From Cenococcum geophilum (taxonomy: Eukaryota): 64,000 bases of DNA. Where the stretch lies: assembly GCA_050273025.1 (NCBI GenBank), contig CP158635.1, positions 5,332,001 to 5,396,000 of the forward strand. Reading direction: 5' to 3'. A program made the position numbers and the translations under genes. How positions within the stretch are numbered: the first letter of the stretch is position 1; each line of letters begins with the position of its first letter. The notes beneath the pieces are model-generated. The model was not told the DNA's origin. It was given only the letters and a program-made list of their open reading frames with translations, and made no database searches. Below are positions 33,026 through 44,837 of the stretch, piece by piece.

Positions 33026-35439
33026 TTAAGCGGCTGATGCTGCCGGGTCTGTGAGCAACTTGGTGATTTTGCCGATAGCGATGGTTTGACCCTAGGCGTA
33101 TTTAGTACCACATTGTCTATTTTATGATGCGAAGACGGATAGTGACAAACCTGATCTCTTAATGTGAACCGCCCAAGTTGAGGATAATCCTCGAATCGCT
33201 CCACGCAAATCGAGCCTGCGCCTCCTGTGACTTCGAGCCTTGCAATAATACTCATACCCTTTGTCGCGAAACCTGGCGGCTTCTTGCTCTTACGGCCTGT
33301 GCCTTTCTCGAGCTTGTGAAGTAGTGCCGAAAATGTGACTTCTTCCGTAGCGGAGTGGACGTGCAGCACGCAGTTGAAGCCGGCGCTCAAGATGGATTTG
33401 AGCTCGAGTAAGACGATCTGTGCTTCGAATGCCAACACGCAATGCACTGGTCGTTTGGGCGAGCAGAGCACGAAGCCGGGCATGATATCTTCTTCTTCAA
33501 CGCCTCGAATACGAATACGGACTTGGTCACCACATGTCGCTGCTTGAATTTCATCTTCAGTCTCGCCGTATAGAGCAGCGATGCCAATGGTTTCTCGATT
33601 GGGCATCATTACGTAGCTTGCACCCTTCTTAATTACTCCAGACTCGATCTTGCCTTCTATCATGGTACCCATGTCTCGGTATTTCGCGGCGATAGGCATC
33701 ATGAATGGGGCGTTGACTTTCCGTTCTAACGTCTGCATACTATCAAGATATTCTAGGAGTGAGGGGCCATCGAACCAGGGCGCAATGCTTTTTGGTACTC
33801 GATCCTTGATGCCGACTGTTGTCTGGGCGGATATAGGCATGAAGGTGAGATCTGTTGGGGTTAATAATAAAAATATTTTTTTGGAATAATTGATGCTCAC
33901 CAGTCTTGGGGTTGTATCCCACGCCTTTCAAGAACATCGCTAGTTTTGATGTGCACTCTTTGTATCGTTCTTCGCTCCATTCTACTGTAGGATCATCCAT
34001 CTTGTTCACGACGACGACTAGTTTGTTGACTCCCTGTGTTTTTGCAAGCATGGCGTGCTCTCGGGTTTGGCCGCCTTTCTCAAATCCTGTCTCGTACTCT
34101 CCCTTTCTCGCAGAAATGACAAGCACGCCAACGTCGGCTTGCGAGGCTCCGCCAATCATGTTGGGAACGAAAGTTTTATGCCCTAAGGGCGTTAGAATAT
34201 CAATTCTTGACGAGGATGAGTATTAACATACCTGGTGCATCGAGGATAGTGTATCGGCGTTTCTCTGTCTCGAAGAACCCTTTCCCTACTTCTACCGTCT
34301 TGCCCTTAGACCGCTCTTCCTTTGTCAAATCGAGAGCCCATGACAGATACCATGTCGGTCGACCTGCGTCCTTTGCCTCACGCTTGTATTTGTCCATTGT
34401 CCGCTCGTCAACCATGCCCGTGGCATAGAGTATGCTTCCACCTAGGGTTGACTTCCCAGCGTCGACGTGACCCAAGAAGATAACGTTGACATGCTCCTTT
34501 CCATACATCTCGGCTAGAGTTTCCTCATCAATATTTGCAGCCTGTTCTTTGGCAACCGCATCTGCTCCTCGAGCGGCTGCTTTTGATTCCGCACGCGACG
34601 GGCTGCTTCTCCCAGATGAAGGAGATGTTCTCCCTGACGACGCTGCGGCACCGGTAGGCTTTCCTGTCTTTTCAATCGCCTTTGCCGCAGTAACCTTCGC
34701 GCTCGCCGCGGGTGCTTCTTTGTCGACATTTTCCTTCGCTGCCGATGCGGGACCAGACGGTGTGGATGCTGCGCCAACGCTGAGGACTTTTGTCTTTCCG
34801 GCGCTTTCGATTTTGGGAGTTGTATCCCCGCCAATTGACAGAACTTTTGCCTTCGGTGCAGTGTCTCCCCCAATGCTCAGAACCTTGGCCTTTGGCGCCG
34901 CATTCCTGTTACTAGCATCTGCGGCTGGCGCGGGCGCAGGTGAGGATGCCGGAGCGGGTGATGGTGCGCTGGGTGTTTGTGACGAACTGTTATCGCCGGC
35001 GGTGGGTCGTTTGGCAATAACAGGGACCTGCCTCTGCTGGTTTTGTTGCTGGAATGCTCCCGGTTGCTGATTGTAGGCGCCAAACTGCTGCCCATAACCT
35101 TGTTGTCCGCCGTGAGCATATTGGGGATACTGTCCATAGCCTTGCTGACCGTATTGCTGGTATCCGCCATATGCTTGTTGCTGGTTATAGTATTGGCCAT
35201 ATTGGTTATATCCGCCGTACTGTTGAAATTGTCCGCTTGGCTGAAAGGATTGTGCGCCCGGCTGAGTTGAAAAGTTAGTGTGAATTCAAGGATTTGTGCT
35301 TGATATGGGAGGGGCTTACCTGGAAGGAGGTGGCGCCTGGCCTGAAGGTATTTGCTTGAAGGTTGTTGAGATTCAAGTTCTGTTGGGTTTGCTGCGAGAG
35401 CTTTTCCTCCTCGTCTTCCCAGGAATTGAGATCGGACAT
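33026..35439 (-). CDS. SUP35: Translation release factor eRF3, multi-exon
   Basis: KEHVNVIFLGHVDAGKSTLGG, DAPG, NKMD, FMMPIAAKYRDMGT, LGRFTLRDQ|GQTIAIGKITKL; Q/Y/G-rich N-terminus. Confidence 0.97.
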
Positions 35440-36014
35440 TTTGAGAGATGAGCGAGTGGGGTAGCGAAAGCGTCGATGGAGAGCCTGAGGGGAAGCCTTC
35501 GAGGCCGGGGAAATAGTGGGATGGAAAGCGGTAGTAGTGGTGTTGGTTGATTCCGTCCAGGCGACAGAGGTCGAGATTATCTCTTTCTCCCCCAGTAGGT
35601 AGTGACGTGGGGCAGGACGAAGGATGGTTGGCTGTGTTGGCTGTGTTGTGCATAAATCTCTGACTCAGCGGAAGAGTCAGTGCCACACCGTGCACGGTGC
35701 CACCTGCACGAGGTGGCACCTAATTTCTATGCGACCAAACTTACCAAACATTTACCACATGCTCACACCACACCGACAACAGAAACATAAGAAGGGACGC
35801 GTCGAAGCCGCTTGAAATTCACTAGAACATTTCAGAAATATGCCGAAGCTTTATTCTTGTTTATTCTTCTCCTTTTTTCCTACTAAATTTACTTACAGAA
35901 CGTGAATAAATATTCAAACTTGAAAAAACAACATTCTTCCATATACTGTCCCTCTAACCCTTGATCTTCCTTTCCGCCTTTTTCTTTTCTCGCCCTTTCT
36001 ATTCCAATTCCAAC

Positions 36015-38635
36015 ATGGATATACTACTATCAAAGGTATGCTTACTAGGACTATTGCATGGAATACTCCTACAATGTAGGGCGATTAATTTATGAAAGAA
36101 AATCTCCCGCTTCCTTCATATAAAAATTCTACTTTCTGTCTCTCCACATGGCCAGCATCCTGACTCATAGCTCCTTTAGGTGACCCAGCAGGCTATGAAC
36201 TATGCCATCCGCTCAGGCATAACGATTACAAGTGGCTATGCCATTCGGCATTGCGCCCGTCTATTGAAGGTACTGACATCCTGGCTCAAAATATCCCGTT
36301 GGCACCTACACTAAACGAATTCAGACGGTCAAAGGAAATGAGAGAGAAGAACTTGCCGCTCTACAACTCCGACTTGAGAGCAAGATCAGAGTCTGTCATC
36401 TTAATTGGCTCATGGAAAACTGTTTCTAATTCCCAGCAGATTATATCGCCCGCGATTGATATGATAGAGCTTATAGCTGCACGTGGTAATACTTCCTTGG
36501 AATCCGCTGTTACTCTTACAAAAGCTCTGCGATGGGATATTCAATCTCTTGGAGTCCGGCTTGCAAAAGCTGTGGGTGAAGAAGAGCTGGCTCGACGAGG
36601 TAGTTCAAAGGCAAAATCACGCGCACAAAATGAACTCGAGCTGAAGCTCATAATCTCCGATATTAAGAAGTTGCTCGACCGTATAGAGGATGCTGTTCCG
36701 TTGATCAGTTTAGCAATCACTACCTCCGGTGTTAGCTTGTCAACCACACTTCCAGCCACGGTTTCTCCTTCACGGCTCCTTCAGGCGAGCACTCTCCTCA
36801 CAGCAGGGGATACTCAATATTCTATGACACCAGCTCGTTTCCAACAAATTGGTCCGATATTCACTCTCTCGATGTACATGCTATTCTCTGGGCACGCGTA
36901 TAGACCGCATGACGAGGAAGGTATCCGAGAGACTACATGGAAAGAAGTGATGCACAAAACGCGACTAAAACTTCTGCGAGTACCTCTGGAGAGGGTTTAT
37001 GAGTATCCCTCCCCGGATGGTGGTCCTACTGGACATAGAGACGGTGTTCAGGTAAATGGAGTTAGAAATGACTTCCATCCAACTCAAATTCCCTCGGAGA
37101 GCAAAGCACATGAGTTTGCCTACCAGCTTCTTATTGTCGAAGATCTGGATGATGATCGGGTCCACACCTTCGATGATGATGAAGTACAGCCAGGACCGTA
37201 CGAAGGGGTTCCATTGGCCGGAATCCGGGAAATTGTGCCCATTCATGAGATCTCGAAAATCTTCTACGCTGATACGGGGAAAATCCTAAACATCGGCGTT
37301 GATGGCGAAACAAATAACCCAATTCTGTTACTGAAGAGGGATGTAAATGCCGTTCCCCCACGCCGGATGATGGAACAATACACATCAGAGCCAGACTGGT
37401 ACCAGGAGGAGTCACCAACGCATGCACACCCTCCCGAGATACCTTCCGAATGCGATGAACAGTCGGAGCTGGATGAGCAAATTCGTCGTGAATCATCAGT
37501 TTCCCTTCCAGAAGAACCCGTTGAGGAGCAAGGACAGCCACAGCACCATCCCTGGCGCCTACCGCCAAACCTCGACTCTGAATGGCTCGCATTCGAAATC
37601 TACACAGAAGAACCGTCTTGCGAATCCGATATCGACGACAGCGAGGTAGAAGTGGGCACCTCTGCGACCAATACCCCCTCTAAACCCCCACAAGCGCCCC
37701 GCTCTGATTCATTAGACCCGTTACTTACATCGGGAATCTCTCAACTCAACATTCGCACTCCCTCTCCTAGTTCCACACCCCCACCACCTAACACCCAACT
37801 AATCCCCTCGCCACAAAAGCCTATGAACCTACTACCCCAATACACCCCCAAACCATCCGCACTTCCAGCCATCCGGACGTCTCTCTCGCTCCTCGAAATG
37901 CTCATCCGCCTTACCGCTCTCCAACAGTTTCAGCAATCTTCTCACCTCGCCATACCCGACGAACTACTCACTTTCTTTCTCTCGGAATCCTCAACTGTCG
38001 GCGCAGGCGGCGACGCCGAGCTTCGTCGACGGGTGCGGCGCGAAGCAAGACAAAGAGTAGGCTTCGACCCCTATGATGAGAGCCCGATCAAGCGGCGCGG
38101 CGAAGAGTATCTCGAGCACGCCCACGACCAAGACAGAGACAGAGACAGAGACAGGGAATTAGCGCGGTACCGCAACCACGACCATGACCACGACCAATAC
38201 GACCACTACGACGGGCACGAAGACTACGACACCGACGTCGGCTTCGACTACACCGGCTACCCCCACGGCCCGCAGCCCCGCTACTCGCGCAGCAGGAGCG
38301 GCACGCCCTCGCGCTCGTCGCCCTACCCCGCGCCGCCATCCTCGCCGCTCGGCGCGCCACCGAGCCCGCAAAGCCCCGGCATCCCTAGCGCGGATGTCCC
38401 GCTGCCGTCGCGCGAGATACGGGCCCAGCCGCGCGCTAGCTTGTCGTCGCCGAGCCCGCTGCTGCGGCGAGCGACGACGATGCCGCCGTTTCGCGGGCCG
38501 CCGACCGCGCCGAACACGTCCAGTAGCCCGCAGATGGGTCAGCCGAATGCGTATGTAGGGCTCGGGAAAGCGGAGGCGCCAGGGCCTGCGGTGCTGGAGA
38601 CGCCGCCTTCGAGTGGGAAAAGGGGGAGATTGTGA
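36015..38635 (+). CDS. YRB30: RanGTP-binding protein (Yrb30-like), 4 exons
   Basis: MDILLSK|VTQQAMNYAIRSGITITSGYAI, IISPAIDMIELIAARGNTSLESAV, VSPSRLLQAS, SLSLLEMLIRLTALQQFQQSSHL. Confidence 0.85.
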
Positions 38636-39075
38636 GAGAAAGGGGATTTCGTTGTGGCGCCAAAGGACTTAGTCGGGAGGGAAATGTGGTTTTTGGTGAG
38701 GCGTGAGGAGGAGGTTGGAACGTCCATGCTGTAAATACCACCTAGTATAGCATTGCATTACAAGCAACATAAATTCACATCCGAACGCCTCCCCATCTAT
38801 CCGCAATATTAGTAACTCAACAATACCCCCCCGCAAGGTAGGTTGCCTCAAGCACGAATATTACATGACTAGCAATACCTAGGTTGCTCCATTCCACACT
38901 CGGCTACAAAAGCAAATGCCGATGCACAAAGCTCCTCACACAACGCGATGTGCGGGTTCAAACTAAAGACCCTCCCAAAAACACCACTAAAAACGCCGCA
39001 AAGGCCGCCCTCCTAACTAAAGCGGAAAAAGAAAAATATTCGAAAACAGTTGTGTGCGCTCCCGCGCTCTCTCCC

Positions 39076-40513
39076 TTATTCCCAATCCTCCTCGTCGCTC
39101 TCCTCAGCCACAGCCCCCTTCTTCACATCGCGCGGGCTCCCCGGCGCCCGGCTCGTCGCGCCGCTTACAAGATCGTAGCTCGCGTCGCTGTCGGCCTGGG
39201 ACTGTTGGTCGTTCGAGCGGCGTGGGGACGCGGCGGGTTTGAGGGGATCTGAATGCGGGTTCTCGCCCGGCTTCAGCGTTTCTTTGGAAGCGGCGAGCGG
39301 GTTTGTGGGATACGGGTTTGGAGTGGACGACTCGTCATCGTCGGACTCATCTTCGTCCTCGTCCTCGTCTTCTTCGTCTTCGGATTCTTCGTCTTCGGAT
39401 TCTTCGTCCTCAGAGTCTTCGTCCCAACCGATTTCTTCGTCCAGCGGGGCGGCTGCGGAGGCTGCGGGGTAGAGCTGTGTCAGCGGTTTCCAACAATGGT
39501 AGAAGGATTTAGGGAAAAGGGGTTTGGATACCTTTTAGCATTTCTCGCCGCCTTTGCTCTTCGCTTTCGATGACGTGGCGGAGGAAGTAGTACCGTTTCC
39601 AGAACTGCGCGTATTCGACTTTCTCTGGGACAAGCTTTTCCATGGCCCGGCGTAGCTCCTCGTGCTTCTCTAGATCCCGCCCGACTGCCTCTGTTTTAGC
39701 GTCGATGTCGAAGTTTTTCGACCACGCAGCCCACTCTGGACTCACAGGGTCTTTCATGAAGCTGTCGAGGGAGGAGTGGATGACGTGTAGCTGCGCATCG
39801 AAGCGGGTCGTGTGGATCACGCGCTTGCCCTCGGAGTCCTTGCTCTCGAACAACACTTTGCTGGGGTCGGAAGACGATGTGGGCGAGGTTGGAGGCGCGA
39901 TAGTGACGGCCTCGCGGAGGAAATTGCGGATGTTGCTGCCGAACTTGAGGAGAGCCTCGTCCGCTGCGTCCTCGGCGCGCTCGATATCTTTTAGACGCTT
40001 CGCTGCTTCGCTGCGGAAGCGCGAGAGCATGCCCTCGGCTTCCTTGACGATGTCGGCGGGGAGATATTCGGGGCGGTCGGGATGCGCGGGTGAGCTGGGC
40101 TCTTCTGGTATTGGAGCGTCTTTTTCTATTGGAACCGATGAGGCTTCTGTTGTGGGGTGAGTGATGGAGAGGGAACGGGTTCTGTTTATGATAGAAGAGA
40201 TCCCCTTGCTGGCCTGTTCGCTCGCGATGGTGTATTCCTTTCGGGCACCGTCATAGTATTGTTCGCCCTATCGACACCGAACATTAGAATGATCTTGAAA
40301 TCATTTACTGTTGCAGTTGCGTGCCTGTTTCTTCACATTCCCTAGAAAACCTCCCAGTCGTGCAGCCCATGGGCTACTAGAAATAGCTTTATAGGCCTCC
40401 TGAAACTCCGAGTTGAAGTCGTTGCTGCGGCGTTGCGAGCTATCCTTGTCCTGCTGCGGGGCTTCGTTGTCGGGGAAGCTCTCCTCTTGGATATGATCGT
40501 ATGCGGCGTCCAT
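39076..40513 (-). CDS. BSD-domain protein (Dos2-like), 3 exons
   Basis: [64 protein letters not shown], ends SDEEDWE*. Confidence 0.88.
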
Positions 40514-41135
40514 TGTTACTTGTAGCGGGGAACAGCAGAGGGCCAAAAGGGTGGTGGTATGACTATAGTCGGTGATGTGGGCGGGTGTTGTGAAGCTAAG
40601 AGCTTAATGTTGAGGCTGGATGCGGAGGTGGGACAGCCTCGCAAGCAACGGAATCAGCCGCAAGCAGAACAGTGAACTTCGAAAAATGACTCAATACATT
40701 GAACTGGATTGGCATTTATGCACAATCATTTATACACAGTCTTGGCGCAATTGCTTCGTCATAAATATACGACTGTATTAAATCTCGATGGCCTTTCTTT
40801 AGGGCTGTTTTCATAAAGTGTCTTGGAGAAGCCTCGGCTTTCGTTGGTATTGGTGTCAGTCAAAGTTACCATTGCCCACCAAGACTGTCCTCTCTTGCTC
40901 GATTAAGAGACTCAGTTTCAGCTCTAGTTCTACCGCCCTCCCTTAACAAGTAGACTGTAAGCCAGCGATGCTCCAGAATTTAGTACCGGAGAGTAAGACT
41001 CCTATGGGGGTATCCCAAACCATCATACCGTGTAAAGATTTTTCTTTCGCAGTAACTCCTAACCCATACCATCACAAACTCCGCGAATCCAGATAGCAAT
41101 GCGATGCAGCAGGAATTGGAGGTTTGTAGTAGGTA

Positions 41136-41791
41136 TCACTTTCTTCGTTTTCCAACAACCTTTGTAAACCCTTCTTCATCCATCTCGGGAGCCGGCTTCT
41201 CCTTTGGTGCAACGAGAGCAGGAGCATCTGACATCTCCACATCGTCATCTTCGTCAGATTCCCCATCCACACTATCCCATTCACCCTCCTGGTTCCGCTC
41301 GACTACTTGGATAGGGCCTGTCTGAATAGCCTTGCCCTTCCGTTCTAACCACCTTGCTTGCAGAGCATCCACAGTGGAAAAGTTGCCTTCCGCAGTCTCT
41401 TTTCTTATGTTCATAATTTCTCGCGCAACAGCCACTTCGGTTTCATCCTCCAGCCGGACGCCGAACTCATCTTCTAGAGCCTGTAGTAGCACAACCTCCA
41501 GATCGAGCGCATCGGTTTCTGGCTGGTTTTGGAAGACCTCCGATATCGCCCCGGCAAGCCAGTCACGCTTGTCTTCACTGTCTGGTCCTCCCCATTGGTT
41601 TTGAACGGCGACGGTGAGAACTGACCAGTTGAAGAGGGCATACCAAATCCCCAATTCGAATTTTTCTTGGATTAGTTCTATGAATAAGTCAGATTCTATG
41701 TCAATATCAGGAATCTAAAGCGTATACCCAGCGAGACTGCGGCGGATCCTGCTCCCTGCGCCTCTGTGGGCTGTGAGGCCGGCGCGGACAT
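41136..41791 (-). CDS. TSR2: Pre-rRNA-processing protein TSR2
   Basis: WSVLTVAVQNQWGGPDSEDKRDWLAG (WGG motif), EDEF, DEEGFTKV; one 5' intron. Confidence 0.93.
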
Positions 41792-42282
41792 TTTTCTGGT
41801 GGCAGTGTTGGAAAAGTATTGGAAGGTTTCTGTTGATCGCCAATTTCGATTAGTGACCTCACTGGTAGCAAATCTGCGTATATTTGAGCACAGGTGGGGT
41901 CGTTCCAGCACTGCCGCACGCTTATCCCTCTGTTGAGCTAAATCACGCTTGTTACTTCGCCAACTCCCCGTATTCCTGGGATAATGATCCTCATCTGCTC
42001 CTTCGGGGCCTTCGGAAAATCATTGCCAATCAATGCATGCTTAGAAGTCCGTATTTGTGCATGGTACGTTTCAGCCAAGACTGTTCATGGTGCTCCGCCA
42101 CTGGAAAACCGCGTCTCCAGTTCCCCCTCCAACCTGTGTATCAGGCAACAACATCCCCTTTCGTATATCTTCTTAAGTTTCTCATCAACATACTTCAAGT
42201 TGATATTCAATTTCATCTGTTAACTACGTGTTTGGTCTTCTCCAATAAGTACTCTTAATCAAGTCTGACCATATCATCCAAT

Positions 42283-43677
42283 ATGGGAGGGCCATTCACT
42301 TCGAATTACACTCCTGTCCCCGTCAATGAGCCTATTGATGACGGAGTCGAGGCTCCGCAGGAAGATGCCGAAGTCAGTGAAGATGAGGGTCTCTACAACA
42401 CAAGTGCTCCTCTTCTTTCCAATAGATCCCGAGGGAATGGGAACCCAAGCTCGCCGCGTGGGAACGGCTTCTTCAGAAAAATCGGTCGCTGGAACCCCTT
42501 CCGTCGCAGCGGCACCACACCCGTCTGGCTCACATCGAACACCAAAGGGCGAAACAAGCGGAGCATGTTCATCGCCGGATTCATCGTGTTTCTTTTCCTT
42601 GCTGTAGTGGCCCTTACCACGTCGACTGCAATCCTTGCTAAACGACCAGAGAGATGTCCAACCTATTACAACTACAGGAGGAAATCTTCCCGTGTTCCAT
42701 TCAGCGAAACTTATTACTCGCGGAACTACCGCCTAAACTTCCCGAAGCTATACCCACCGCTCACCCCTGGTCCTGCATCTGCGTGTCAAACGGCTTGGAA
42801 CACCCTTACATATGTCGGATGTCACGAAAAGATCTGGAATCGTTCTTGGGACGACGGCAAGCATGAGTCCCTCTTCGAGCCTGATATCAGCCTCTACGCT
42901 GGTCTAATATGCCAGAACAGCTGTCAGCAGGACATCAAACAAGCCTATCAACTTATCATGTCCCAATGCACTAGCGAGGACAAATTTATAATGGAAGGTT
43001 ATGTGGGAGCTTTCAGTGCAGACCCTGGACTCGAAGACGGCCCAGTAAGCACCATTGCGACTCTTAAGCGTCGTCTCCAGCATACTTGCCGGCAATCTCC
43101 TGTCGGCAGAAGGTTGCAGTACTTCGGGGAATATTGCCCTGCGGAACTCTACAATAGCTGGTTCATCAATGATGGCATGAACTCAGGCAATCTGGAAGGG
43201 TTGGATCTTTTCGAGGCAGTCACCCGTATATCGAGGAGAGTGCCCACGCACTGGTCCTCGCAGAGCAAGACTGACGAATGCGACGACGTTTACAGCGTGT
43301 ATGGAGGCAGGCGGATAGAAGAACGTCGCTTCGGGCCAGGTGAAAACGAGACGACGTGCAGTTGGTGCACGATCGACTGGTTTGATCGGAAATTGCAGTC
43401 GTGGGCGGAAGGCAAGGTACTCGACCCAAAGAACGGGACGGAAGTCGGCCTGCCAGATTATCTTCGCAGGATCAGCCATGCCGGGCGTCGCTGCGGGGCG
43501 GATGACTGGAACAGGATTTATGGAAAAGCCATCCGGAGGTATAAAAATGAAGGACTCCTGCCTCCGGATTGGGAAGATGATGGCCACAACGGTGATGGGG
43601 TGAAAAGGCCTTGTGGTAAGAAGCCCGAGACGAATCCTACCATCACTGCGTTGATCCAGTCTGCGACCGCGATGTAG
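42283..43677 (+). CDS. Type II membrane protein with Cys-rich luminal domain
   Basis: 464-aa ORF; single TM (MFIAGFIVFLFLAVVALTTSTAIL); regularly spaced cysteines. Confidence 0.8.
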   Translation: MGGPFTSNYTPVPVNEPIDDGVEAPQEDAEVSEDEGLYNTSAPLLSNRSRGNGNPSSPRGNGFFRKIGRWNPFRRSGTTPVWLTSNTKGRNKRSMFIAGFIVFLFLAVVALTTSTAILAKRPERCPTYYNYRRKSSRVPFSETYYSRNYRLNFPKLYPPLTPGPASACQTAWNTLTYVGCHEKIWNRSWDDGKHESLFEPDISLYAGLICQNSCQQDIKQAYQLIMSQCTSEDKFIMEGYVGAFSADPGLEDGPVSTIATLKRRLQHTCRQSPVGRRLQYFGEYCPAELYNSWFINDGMNSGNLEGLDLFEAVTRISRRVPTHWSSQSKTDECDDVYSVYGGRRIEERRFGPGENETTCSWCTIDWFDRKLQSWAEGKVLDPKNGTEVGLPDYLRRISHAGRRCGADDWNRIYGKAIRRYKNEGLLPPDWEDDGHNGDGVKRPCGKKPETNPTITALIQSATAM

Positions 43678-43697
43678 GCGTGGTCTCAGCTAAATAG

Positions 43698-43729
43698 AAG
43701 GCTATCTTATCCCAAGGCTATCTTATCCC
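43698..43729. repeat. 16-bp perfect tandem duplication AAGGCTATCTTATCCC x2
   Basis: Read directly. Confidence 0.85.
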
Positions 43730-44837
43730 TAAGGTCAGACTGAATTTCAGATACTGGTAGTTAGTACCGTGGTGATAAATGGGTAGAGAGCATTCCTCAT
43801 GGGAGCCATCCCTGAACACGTTTAGGCACCTAGTGGAGAAGGCCCGTGCGCGAACACTAGAACGTATATCTATGTAGAATTCAATCATCAAATACACCAC
43901 CACTATGCCTTCCAATCGTGCCACAATTAATACCGATCTTGTTCAGAAGGCTCAGTACAAAGTTCCCCTAAATAAGACCGCGAAAACATATCTTCCTAAA
44001 CCTTGGCGGCACGAGTTAATTAAGCTATTTGATTAACAACGTCTACTGTTCAGCTTACACAGAGGCTAGTAAACATATACCCAGGTAGAGCGTATAGGCA
44101 ATAGGAAGGCTCTATCAGAGCTATTGCTAAATACTGCAAGGAAACATCGCGATAGTAAGGAGTGGCAGAGGCGGCAGTGTCCTTCAAAAACTCAATTTGG
44201 CCGCAAAAATACCGTTCCGCAGGAAGGACGACTGCCAGAGACCTCATATCGAGCGACTCAACTCCAAGAATAAGCTTATATATCAATTTGCTATGAAATC
44301 AAAAGCTTTGTATTCTTTAGCACAAGTATTGAATTCTATTGATCTGATTGGTAGGCACTTATCAAAAACACGGGTGCCCAAGTTGACGTGTTAAGGATGG
44401 CTGTATTTGATAGGGAATACGAACTCACGATCCTTTACTTCTTGAAGTTCCGGGTTAGCCTATCGCGGTGCGTGTAATTACTCTTTCAGTAAGGGTTAGC
44501 TGCAGATCGGTTTGGAGAGTTCTATTGGCTCGTGCACAATGACGCCAGCCGAGCCCGCCCAGCCCGCCATCTGCCGCCAGACTGCCCTGAGCACACTTGA
44601 CACCCTGACCTGTGTTATCTTGTCCGTTTCCTCGGCCGTATCACTCTCCGCCCTCAGCTACCTAAGCCATGATTCCATACTGTCTTAGATTTTGTACTTG
44701 TTTCTGCAATGCCTTTATATAATATTTAACTGCTTCAACGCGTCTGAGCACATGGTCCTGCAGAGTTGGAGGAGTTGCGAGCTTCAATGTCCCCGACGTC
44801 CTTGATCACTTCTCGCACTCGAACTACTCGCAGTACA

